Shown here piece after piece: positions 1 to 10,037 of a DNA stretch of 64,000 bases (positions within the stretch are counted from its first letter, which is position 1; every line of letters starts with the position of its first letter). The notes beneath the pieces were generated by a model, which saw only the letters and a program-made list of their open reading frames with translations, ran no database searches and had not been told where the DNA came from. Origin of the DNA: Batkoa obscura (taxonomy: Eukaryota); assembly GCA_030770535.1 (NCBI GenBank), contig JASVEC010000011.1, forward strand, positions 434,001 through 498,000, given 5' to 3'. A program made the translations under genes and the position numbers.

Positions 1-954
1 TGCAAATATTAAACTAAAATAATCAATAAGCAAATAATCACCCATCTTTAATTCTTGCTTTTAATCATATACACATTCATGCTTATATCACAATTTAAGA
101 GTAAGGTACCCTTAAACACAAATAAATACATGAGCTAAAATAATATTTTAATATTATATATATCCTTGTGAATTTTTATTTAATCCAAATATTATGGAAT
201 TTCAAAAACTGATATAGTATAAAAAATTAAGGTAATGACTAAGTTTTTGAAAATTCAAATAATTTTGATTTTTGTATTTTCACTAGTATATTTTGAAAAA
301 TTGGATAAGACTATCTTGAAAAGAGTATATTCAAAAAGTAAATGACTCTTATAAAAATATGAGCCTATCCCCAATCAGACGCTGCATCTATATAGAAAGA
401 GATAAACCGTTGAGTATAAAGAAAGATTATCATTATAAACCAATTTAGCAATAAAACCCTAAGGTTGGTAAGAATCAGATTAAGAAAATCAGGAAAACGG
501 TATATTACTAAGTTTGAACGTGATTGGTTATCAAAATAAATGTAAAAGTATCAAAGAACTGATATTAATTAGTGTATTAAAGAAAGCTCAATTACATATA
601 AATCATTATCTTACATTATAAATAAAAAAGGTAATTAAAAGATGTGATTTAGCTTTGCACCTCAAAATCAACTTTGATTGGTGTGACAAGTCAACAGCTG
701 TGATTGTATCTTTATAATGGACCCTTGAAGCCAATGATATTAATAAAAGTAGATCTAGAAAGCAATTGAATGATACTTTATTAGAAATCTTGGTCGTTGT
801 TATAATTGTAAATTAGGAAAGTAAATATAATGCTCTACAGATAAATATTTTATAGGATTTAAACATCAACTAAATGTGATAAAAGTATTTAAATCAAAAT
901 TTCATAATTTCATAACTTGATAAAGCTTAAAGATTTATTAGAATTCGAACGTAA

Positions 955-1725
955 TTATTTAGAATTTTTGTTGATAAAGTCAGCAACAGCTGAAGCACGA
1001 GTATATACACCTGGTTTACCTTTGAGAGCACAACCCTCACCCCATGAGACAATACCAACCAATACTGGAGTGGTACCTTCTTCAATAAAGATTGGACCTC
1101 CAGAATCACCTTGGCAAGAATCTTTACCTCCTTCTGGATAGGCAGCACAGAACTGAGTAATGGTATCCAAATCTGAATAAGCTTGCTTGCATTTAGCAGC
1201 ATTAAATACTGGTACTTTAACTTCTAAAAGGACTGGGGAAACACTGCCACCGGATGAAGTAGTACCCCATCCAATAACCTTAAGTAAGGTATTATCCGTG
1301 CTGGCATACTTGCCGGCATCAAGTTTGACACCTGTTGATGGTCCAGTTGCAGTATTAAGCTTCCAGATGGCAACATCAAAAGCATTCGTGTTTGAATCAT
1401 AACTTGGATGAGAAATACGAGACTTGATCTTATAAGTCTTTCCTTGTTCTGAAGCTTCACTTGCATTTAAGTTGTGACGATGTACACGAGCAGTCCATGA
1501 TGAAGTTGATCCAATAACACAATGGGCAGCTGAGATAACAGTGTTTCCGTTATATAAAGTACCACCGCATGAATGAGAACCTCCATAAGCAAGAGACACT
1601 GCCCATGGATATTTAAACTTGGGAGATACTTCGTAACCACCTACAATACGACCAGGTGGTGTTGTGAATGGGATATCAGCAGCAATGGCGGCGCCAAGGA
1701 GAGTAAAGATGAGGGCAGATTTCAT
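955..1725 (-). CDS. Secreted trypsin (S1A serine protease), copy A
   Basis: 256 aa intronless ORF with signal peptide MKSALIFTLLGAAIA, activation site R|IVGG, SAAHC (His), FDVAI (Asp) and GKDSCQGDSGGP (Ser, with Asp189 giving trypsin specificity). Confidence 0.97.
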   Translation of the reverse strand: MKSALIFTLLGAAIAADIPFTTPPGRIVGGYEVSPKFKYPWAVSLAYGGSHSCGGTLYNGNTVISAAHCVIGSTSSWTARVHRHNLNASEASEQGKTYKIKSRISHPSYDSNTNAFDVAIWKLNTATGPSTGVKLDAGKYASTDNTLLKVIGWGTTSSGGSVSPVLLEVKVPVFNAAKCKQAYSDLDTITQFCAAYPEGGKDSCQGDSGGPIFIEEGTTPVLVGIVSWGEGCALKGKPGVYTRASAVADFINKNSK

Positions 1726-3267
1726 TTATATGGCTTACAAAGAGATGGTTTAACCTATATTTTGAGCATTTTGAACTTATATTTATACTAACTTTATTTT
1801 TCACTACATGTTTCATTAAATGTTCGATTATTATATTCGATTATTATATTTAGTCACGTTAACTTAATGTGATTTTGAATGAACCATGAATAGTTTGCTA
1901 ACTAGGCTATTTTGCTAACAAATTTTGCGCAAACATTTTGATATTTTAACTGTTTATACCGTGATAGCACCAAATGATCTCAATTCTTAGCTATTGTTTA
2001 AATGTAACTGTAACAAAGCTTAAAAAAGTAAATAACATCCAGCTATTCTAAATGACTTGTTATTATGAAGGGTAAAGGATGAAGTAAGGGGAAAACCACA
2101 GTAGTCATGCTTATAAATTAAAGCTTTAAATACAAAGATAACAGGAAACTTTGTTGCATTAAAATAATACTTGTCTAAATATCTATACTAAAATACTTGC
2201 TTATAATGATAACTTATGCCATGCTGATAATTAAAAGCTCAACTTTATTTAGACAGTTTAAATAAAGTAAGCAAAATATTTCTTTTTGATTCGGAATATA
2301 ATTTTTCGAAATGATTTAATAAAATTGCTCATTTTTATCCTTAATTTAATAAAAGATTAATTATCATAATATTCTTGAAATACAAGTAAATTGAATTATT
2401 ATTATTTTAAGATTATTTAATGTTTTTATATGCATTTTGTACATTATTGCGTATCAGTTGTAAAGAACAATGTAGAATTTACTAAATCTACACTAAGTTA
2501 TTACTAATAGTTTAATGCTATATATAAAAATATAGAAAGGATATACAGACTATTATAATTATAAAATCATTGTACGAAATTAAAGTACGCTAGATGAATG
2601 TTGCTTTAATCAAGTTTGAATGAGTCATGCAATAATCTATTTTAATATTATAAAAGTATGATCACTTAATGCTTTTAAATTTGCAATTATTTGAGAATAA
2701 TATTTATCTAATGACGCATCAAAGCTATGTTAAATAATTTACTATCATAATGTTCGATTTTTCTCAAAAATTATAACTTTGCAAAATTCTTGCTAGCCTT
2801 TATCTCGATTATATTCTCAAAAACTCTATATAAAGTTGCAAACTAATTACAATGGCTTATCAAAAGCCTACCATCTATGGTATATAAGATAATCTTACTG
2901 AATAACTGAACCTGAGGTACTTAAAATGAGGTGATAATGATTGACCTCTTTATATCACTTAGTCATGCTACTTCACTAAAATATCTTTATAAGGTGAAAG
3001 ACTGTCGGTTGAAAGAGAAATACAATCGCTTTTTAAAAACTTAAAGGGTTTTAGCGCTTTGCTGTATAAATAAAAATAATAGTATTAAATTGATATGGTT
3101 TCAAATTATCAGAAGCGATAAAGATTTCTCATTCCACCCTTGAGCTAAAAAATGCAGTTAATTCCAGTCAGCCTTGACTTTCTATGCTTAATCAAGGATT
3201 TTTGCTTCCAAAACATAAATTTGTTTAATTTATTAGACTTAAAAATAATATCAATTATCATTTATAT

Positions 3268-3510
3268 GGGTAAGTTTAAAAGCCAAGTTGAAACCAAAAA
3301 TAAAAATTTCCTATTATAATTTTTTGTCCATTTAATATTTAGCGTAAAACTTTTGAAAAACTATTAAAACTGGACAAAAAAACGTCCCAATCTAAGTTAT
3401 TCAAAATTAAGCAAAAAAGTAGATATCTTGATAGCACTTAGTGCTTAATTTGCAATTTTTGTTAAAAATCAAATTCGATAAAATTTGAACCAAGCTTTTA
3501 AACTAAACCC
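3268..3510. mobile_element. Putative degenerate ~243-bp non-autonomous TIR element in the spacer of the inverted repeat
   Basis: The left end GGGTAAGTTTAAAAGC and right end GCTTTTAAACTAAACCC form an imperfect TIR. Flanks are ATAT / ATCT. An internal inverted motif TTTTTGTCCA / TGGACAAAAA is present. Confidence 0.45.
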
Positions 3511-4618
3511 ATCTTCAATTTAAATGGGTATAGATGTTTCTTAATTTAATATATTGAATACTGATTAGCTATTTCTTATGTTCTTCATAAAATGAAGTAG
3601 CAAGATAATTTATATCTCAACAAAAAGGGGCATAAATATGATTAGATTTTAAAAGTTGTTCTAAATGCAACAAATTGCTATTTAAATGCCCAGGATGTAA
3701 AAGAATATTTACTAAATATACTTTTAATAGACCGATTACATACCATAAAAAAGGTAGAACCAAGTATGAAGCTAAGGAACATTTAATAAATCCTATTTTT
3801 AAGTCTAATCAAATTACAGTTTGTTTATATTTAAGATACAGGACTTAGCTATAAAAAGACTTCTACTCAAAGAAACTGAGTATCTCTGGCCCCCTGCTTG
3901 TTTCATCAATTCCGTAATTTGCCTCAAATAATCTTAAAATAATAATAATTCAATTTACTTGTATTTCAAGAATATTATGATAATTAATCTTTTATTAAAT
4001 TAAGGATAAAAATGAGCAATTTTATTAAATCATTTCGAAAAATTATATTCCGAATCAAAAAGAAATATTTTGCTTACTTTATTTAAACTGTCTAAATAAA
4101 GTTGAGCTTTTAATTATCAGCATGGCATAAGTTATCATTATAAGCAAGTATTTTAGTATAGATATTTAGACAAGTATTATTTTAATGCAACAAAGTTTCC
4201 TGTTATCTTTGTATTTAAAGCTTTAATTTATAAGCATGACTACTGTGGTTTTCCCCTTACTTCATCCTTTACCCTTCATAATAACAAGTCATTTAGAATA
4301 GCTGGATGTTATTTACTTTTTTAAGCTTTGTTACAGTTACATTTAAACAATAGCTAAGAATTGAGATCATTTGGTGCTATCACGGTATAAACAGTTAAAA
4401 TATCAAAATGTTTGCGCAAAATTTGTTAGCAAAATAGCCTAGTTAGCAAACTATTCATGGTTCATTCAAAATCACATTAAGTTAACGTGACTAAATATAA
4501 TAATCGAATATAATAATCGAACATTTAATGAAACATGTAGTGAAAAATAAAGTTAGTATAAATATAAGTTCAAAATGCTCAAAATATAGGTTAAACCATC
4601 TCTTTGTAAGCCATATAA

Positions 4619-5389
4619 ATGAAATCTGCCCTCATCTTTACTCTCCTTGGCGCCGCCATTGCTGCTGATATCCCATTCACAACACCACCTGGTCGTATTG
4701 TAGGTGGTTACGAAGTATCTCCCAAGTTTAAATATCCATGGGCAGTGTCTCTTGCTTATGGAGGTTCTCATTCATGCGGTGGTACTTTATATAACGGAAA
4801 CACTGTTATCTCAGCTGCCCATTGTGTTATTGGATCAACTTCATCATGGACTGCTCGTGTACATCGTCACAACTTAAATGCAAGTGAAGCTTCAGAACAA
4901 GGAAAGACTTATAAGATCAAGTCTCGTATTTCTCATCCAAGTTATGATTCAAACACGAATGCTTTTGATGTTGCCATCTGGAAGCTTAATACTGCAACTG
5001 GACCATCAACAGGTGTCAAACTTGATGCCGGCAAGTATGCCAGCACGGATAATACCTTACTTAAGGTTATTGGATGGGGTACTACTTCATCCGGTGGCAG
5101 TGTTTCCCCAGTCCTTTTAGAAGTTAAAGTACCAGTATTTAATGCTGCTAAATGCAAGCAAGCTTATTCAGATTTGGATACCATTACTCAGTTCTGTGCT
5201 GCCTATCCAGAAGGAGGTAAAGATTCTTGCCAAGGTGATTCTGGAGGTCCAATCTTTATTGAAGAAGGTACCACTCCAGTATTGGTTGGTATTGTCTCAT
5301 GGGGTGAGGGTTGTGCTCTCAAAGGTAAACCAGGTGTATATACTCGTGCTTCAGCTGTTGCTGACTTTATCAACAACAATTCTAAATAA
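4619..5389 (+). CDS. Secreted trypsin (S1A serine protease), copy B
   Basis: Protein identical to 955-1725 except one residue near the C-terminus (NNNSK vs NKNSK); catalytic triad intact. Confidence 0.97.
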   Translation: MKSALIFTLLGAAIAADIPFTTPPGRIVGGYEVSPKFKYPWAVSLAYGGSHSCGGTLYNGNTVISAAHCVIGSTSSWTARVHRHNLNASEASEQGKTYKIKSRISHPSYDSNTNAFDVAIWKLNTATGPSTGVKLDAGKYASTDNTLLKVIGWGTTSSGGSVSPVLLEVKVPVFNAAKCKQAYSDLDTITQFCAAYPEGGKDSCQGDSGGPIFIEEGTTPVLVGIVSWGEGCALKGKPGVYTRASAVADFINNNSK

Positions 5390-5660
5390 ATATATTGCTA
5401 CTTAAATAAAACTAAGCTCTATCTTTGTTTTTGTTATGAAATTTCATAAGTCAGGTTATTAATTTATAAAATATCATATGGGGGTGTCCGAATTGGTTTC
5501 AGAATTTAACTAGAAATTAATCCAAATTTTAAGTTTTTAAATTTGTGAGTCTTTAATGTATGATCAGCTAAATTTAAAAAGCTTAAAACTAAATATAAAA
5601 ATTTAACTTAAAGACTTATTTTATTTATTTTATTTTATTTTATTTTTTTGATTATATGTT

Positions 5661-6020
5661 TGTGAAAGTTAGTACTCAGTAATTGGAGTTAGAGGCAGTT
5701 CTAGCTTAGTTAACTGGCTGTAAGTCAAAAGGCCTTAGTTTATGTAGCTAAGATAGACTTAAATCAATAGGAGTAATACACAATAAGCTACGAGCTATGT
5801 AAAATAAATAGAATACAGGATATTACTATAAAATCTACATAAGATATTGTCAGAAAGATTTAGTGGCTTTATTAAAAGTAAAATATTAGGGAACAATTAA
5901 ATTAAAAAGCCTTGAGCTATTATGTTGAAGAATCTATTTTATACTCAACTAGTTTTGTAAACAAGTTAAGTGATTATTATGCGATAATCAATCACAGAGA
6001 TGATGAAACGATATTTCACA
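5661..6020 (+). mobile_element. Solo-LTR-like element nested in the 5' subterminal region of the transposon
   Basis: Starts TGTGAAA and ends TTTCACA (TG...CA, 7-bp inverted termini). Flanks ATGTT / GTGTT are an imperfect 5-bp TSD. Clearly homologous to 9573-10037 but diverged and shorter. Confidence 0.7.
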
Positions 6021-6111
6021 GTGTTTTGTATTTTTTATTAAATATTCAATAGCTATATAATATATAATTATATAGTTATTTGACTTTATTTTTTGTTAAA
6101 ATAAAAACAAA

Positions 6112-7815
6112 ATGCAAGCTTTTATAACTAAACTTCGAAATGGAATTTCTAAAGACTTTAATACGGTAGGGAGAAGCACATTATATAAACATTGTAATTC
6201 ATTTACATCAATTTTAGCAACTATTCACAATAGCCCAAAGTTTATGGAATTTTATAATAAAACAAAAAAAAGAAAAGAAATATTATTAAATTTTACTATT
6301 AATAATAACAAACTTAATCAAGCAATGTATAAAATTAGTGCTTTAAGGGAAACAGGAAATAAAAACCAACAAGTAGCATTATTATCGACTATAGCTTCAG
6401 TATATTCTTTTGATGAATGTAAAAGTTTTGGATTTAATATAAGTAAAAATCAATATGATTATTCAAAAATAATTAATAATAATAAAATACCAACATTACG
6501 ACCTACTATCAAAAATACAAAAAGAATTAAAGATGAGCAAATCGAGATTATTATACAATATTTACTTAATAATTCAACTATTTCATCAAGATTTAGTAAA
6601 AAAAATAATGATAAATATTCGTCAGAGAATATATATATATTAAATAAAAGTAGAAGGATGATATACAGTAAGTATTTTAATGATTTAAAAGATAAAGCAG
6701 TAGCTAGGTCAACATTTTTCAAATATATACCAAATAATTTTAAAAATCCAGCAAGAAAAACAGATTTATGTAATATATGTGCCCAGTATACAGTTAGAAA
6801 AAAGTTATTTGAAAATAAAATAAATACAGCGACAGAAAATAAAGCAGAGATACAGGAATCTTTTAATAAAGAAAAAAGGTTATATAAATTACATGAATTT
6901 TGTGTTGATACTCAAAAAAACATACTTAATGAAACTATTGAAAAATTAAATAATAGAAGTTGTATAATAATTTTAGACTTTAAACAAAATATGGAAATAG
7001 GAACAAGACCAGATCCAATAAACTTAGATCATTATAATAAACAAGCTATATCAGTATTAGGGTTTGGCGTTTTGTATTTAAAAAACGATAAAACAATAGG
7101 CAAAGTTTATTTTGATTATTTATCTGAAATATTAAATCATGATTCAGCATATGCAGGAGATTGTTTGATTGATTTAATATCTAAAGAGCTTTTATTTAAA
7201 AAGTTTACAAAAATTAATATATGGGCAGATACGGGATATCATTTTAAATCTCAAGAGTTTTTACATTATGTATTTGAAGAAATTTATAAAATAAATAGTA
7301 GTTTAAATATTCATCTTAATTTTTTTGCTGAGCATCATGGAAAAAGTATAGTTGACGGGCATTTTGGAAATCTTTCACAGTGGAAAAATAGTCTTGAAGC
7401 ATTAGGTAAAATAGAAGATATTGATCAATTAATTTCAAAATTTGAGATTTTTGTTTGTGAAAATAATAGATTTAATAACTCAACTGTCAATAATGGGCAA
7501 ATAAATATAATTTTTAAAAAGTATGAAAGAAACAAAGATACAAAAAAAATAATAAAAATAAAAGGTATTAAAAAGTATTTACATTTTATTAAACGTGGTA
7601 ATAAACTACACTGTTATCCAGTATCTGATAGATCAAAAAAAAGCGATATAATTCCAATTAAAGTTATAGAGTCTATAGAGGATAGAAAAATTAAAAGGTC
7701 AACCCCAGCTTATCTTACAAAAATAACTGAGAATTTAAAAGTTTCAATATTTAGTAAGCAAGTAAGTAGCTTATTAGATGATAGAAATCAATTATTAAAT
7801 GTTGATATTACTTAA
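6112..7815 (+). CDS. DDD-type transposase (Sola-like)
   Basis: Uninterrupted 567 aa ORF. RKTDLCNIC (CxxC) is followed by three acidic motifs IILDFKQN, IWADTGYHFKS and FFAEHHGKSIVDGHFG, which resemble the Sola2 DF..N / WSDG..QFK / HGKG.VDG pattern as I recall it. It lies between TIRs. Confidence 0.82.
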   Translation: MQAFITKLRNGISKDFNTVGRSTLYKHCNSFTSILATIHNSPKFMEFYNKTKKRKEILLNFTINNNKLNQAMYKISALRETGNKNQQVALLSTIASVYSFDECKSFGFNISKNQYDYSKIINNNKIPTLRPTIKNTKRIKDEQIEIIIQYLLNNSTISSRFSKKNNDKYSSENIYILNKSRRMIYSKYFNDLKDKAVARSTFFKYIPNNFKNPARKTDLCNICAQYTVRKKLFENKINTATENKAEIQESFNKEKRLYKLHEFCVDTQKNILNETIEKLNNRSCIIILDFKQNMEIGTRPDPINLDHYNKQAISVLGFGVLYLKNDKTIGKVYFDYLSEILNHDSAYAGDCLIDLISKELLFKKFTKINIWADTGYHFKSQEFLHYVFEEIYKINSSLNIHLNFFAEHHGKSIVDGHFGNLSQWKNSLEALGKIEDIDQLISKFEIFVCENNRFNNSTVNNGQINIIFKKYERNKDTKKIIKIKGIKKYLHFIKRGNKLHCYPVSDRSKKSDIIPIKVIESIEDRKIKRSTPAYLTKITENLKVSIFSKQVSSLLDDRNQLLNVDIT

Positions 7816-7825
7816 ATTATTGATA

Positions 7826-7967
7826 GCTAAGTTAATAAATAGTCAAAGAGCAAGTAGTTATAATAATAAGTAAAAGCTATTATTATACTGCTTGTGTTAC
7901 ATAGGGATGGTTAATTATAGTTTTGGGGCTAACCACTCCCTCCCATGCAGCTATTTATTAACTTAGC
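7826..7967. mobile_element. 142-bp MITE-like insertion just after the transposase stop
   Basis: Perfect 17-bp TIR GCTAAGTTAATAAATAG (7826-7842) / CTATTTATTAACTTAGC (7951-7967). GATA flanks both sides as a direct repeat. Internal hairpin GGGATGGTTA...TAACCACTCCC. Confidence 0.7.
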
Positions 7968-8352
7968 GATATATTGATAATGTAATTATAACATTAAAAT
8001 AATTTATTCATTTGATAGCAAATCTGCAGTGTTGAATATAAAACAGTTAATAATAAATATTTCTTAATAAAGTTCTATAAAAGTATATATTTATTTACAT
8101 ATTACAACTTTGACTAATATCACTATACAGGCTATATTAGTAAAATCTTTACTAATCCAGGAATTTATATTAAATTTAATAAAAATTCCGCTAATTGACA
8201 ATATAAATTATAACAAAATAATTTAAAACTGTGTCAGGTACTTTTGGCTTTTAATAAAGAATTTATTTTTATAGAATTTTAAGCAAAGTTTTTAAAATAT
8301 AAATATTTAAAAATTGGATAAAAAAATGAAACCAATTCGGACACCCCCATAT

Positions 8353-8452
8353 GGGGATGTATTTTTTTGTTTAGGAATTTTACTAACAATCTTTCCACTG
8401 AAATAGCGCTTAAAAAATGGGAAAAATAATGAAGCCAAAAAAAAACACCCCC
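8353..8452 (+). mobile_element. ~100-bp MITE, copy 1
   Basis: GGGGATGTATTTTT...AAAAAACACCCCC flanked by ATAT/ATAT. Shares its left ATAT with the right end of the autonomous element. Confidence 0.9.
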
Positions 8453-8470
8453 ATATAGGTGGATTTAAGG

Positions 8471-8919
8471 TATTAGCTCTCGAATTGATTATAACACAAC
8501 AATCACTTAAGTTGCTGTGTTCTCAAGTTCAAGCACAATCAAGTCAGAATCCCTTATTTTGATTTGTTGTAAGAATTTCTAACTTCATATTGCAAAGAAT
8601 ATTATCCTCTCGTTTTGATATCCATACTTGTTGGAGTATAAAAGAGATTCTTCAACATGATAGCTCGAAGCTTTTTAATTGGATTACTCCCTGATAACGT
8701 ACCATTAATAAAGTCACTAAGTCTTTCTGACAACATCTTACGTAGATTTTACAGTAGTATTGTCTATTCTACTTGTTTTATATAGTTCGTAGCTTATTAC
8801 ATACTATTTCTATTAATTTAAGTCTATCTTAGTTACATAAACTAAGACCGTTCGACTGAAGGCAAGTTAATTAAGCAAGAGTAGCTTTTAACTCTGACCA
8901 CTGAGTATCAACTTTCACA
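8471..8919 (-). mobile_element. Solo-LTR-like element, inverted copy with 3' end missing or degenerate
   Basis: The reverse complement begins TGTGAAAGTTG. 8516-8849 is the exact reverse complement of 9643-9976. Confidence 0.75.
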
Positions 8920-9258
8920 GCCATTTCATAATAAATTCAACTTATCTAAAGACTTTAATATATAATTAAAATGTGACAAATAAGCCTTATAGAATTTAAA
9001 TATAAAATTAAATCTGTTATTCCAAAATCACAAAGCTATTAGTCATAACAACTCAATAATAAGAAATAGCTTTGTGAAATCTTACAATTTTGAAGTTGCT
9101 CAAGGCCATAATATCTATAATATTTCAACAGCGTAAATATATCATATTAAAGTCCAGTTTACTGTACTCATTCAAGCAATAAAAAAGAGAGCATTTATAA
9201 TGGCAAAATAGATCCAAATTGATATAGAAAAGCGAGTTATTGTATAAATTCTTTATAT

Positions 9259-9358
9259 GGGGGTGTTTTTTTTTGGCTTCATTATTTTTCCCATTTTTTA
9301 AGCGCTATTTCAGTGGAAAGATTGTTAGTAAAATTCCTAAACAAAAAAATACATCCTC
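9259..9358 (-). mobile_element. ~100-bp MITE, copy 2
   Basis: Reverse complement of copy 1 with one mismatch at the outer terminus; flanks ATAT / ATAA. Confidence 0.9.
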
Positions 9359-9572
9359 ATAAAAGCAGAAAATTTAATTTTTTAAAATTAATAAAGATTT
9401 AATATAAAAATTAAATGATTTATTATTATGCCATATTTAATAACATTTATTTTAAATAATTTTAAAATGATGTCTATCAAATTTATTAACAACTTTTTTA
9501 ATATATTAGTTTAGAATAATATTAAATGCTAATTTATAAAATTTTTATAATGGAAAAAGCAAAAAAATGCTT

Positions 9573-10037
9573 TGTGAAAGTTGGTACTCAGTGGTTGGAG
9601 TTAAAAGCAGTTCTTACTTGATTAACTGACCGTAAGTCGAAAGGTCTTAGTTTATGTAACTAAGATAGACTTAAATTAATAGAAATAGTATGTAATAAGC
9701 TACGAACTATATAAAACAAGTAGAATAGACAATACTACTGTAAAATCTACGTAAGATGTTGTCAGAAAGACTTAGTGACTTTATTAATGGTACGTTATCA
9801 GGGAGTAATCCAATTAAAAAGCTTCGAGCTATCATGTTGAAGAATCTCTTTTATACTCCAACAAGTATGGATATCAAAACGAGAGGATAATATTCTTTGC
9901 AATATGAAGTTAGAAATTCTTACAACAAATCAAAATAAGGGATTCTGACTTGATTGTGCTTGAACTTGAGAACACAACAACTTAAATGATTGATTATATT
10001 ATAATCAATCCGAGAGCTGATAAAGCAATATTTTACA
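9573..10037 (+). mobile_element. Solo-LTR-like element (465 bp)
   Basis: TGTGAAAG...TTTTACA termini (TG...CA) with a 4-bp direct repeat GCTT on both sides (9569-9572, 10038-10041). Two further copies in the window; no coding capacity. Confidence 0.75.

Larger units (their letters stand above)
955..5389. repeat. Large inverted repeat: 1464-bp arms (955-2418 and 3926-5389) around a 1507-bp spacer
   Basis: The arms are reverse complements (paired coordinates sum to 6344). Each covers the whole trypsin CDS plus 693 bp upstream. I saw one mismatch, near the stop (K vs N codon). Confidence 0.95.
5480..8348 (+). mobile_element. Autonomous cut-and-paste DNA transposon, Sola-like (probably Sola2), 2869 bp
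   Basis: Perfect 22-bp TIR GGGGGTGTCCGAATTGGTTTCA (5480-5501; reverse complement 8327-8348), flanked on both sides by ATAT (5476-5479, 8349-8352). Encloses a single 567-aa transposase-like ORF. Confidence 0.9.

Noticed and set aside
6112..7967. Fanzor/TnpB-like RNA-guided nuclease with a downstream structured RNA
   Set aside because: No RuvC motif order or C-terminal zinc finger is visible. The motifs fit a DDD transposase, and the downstream hairpin has its own TIR and TSD.
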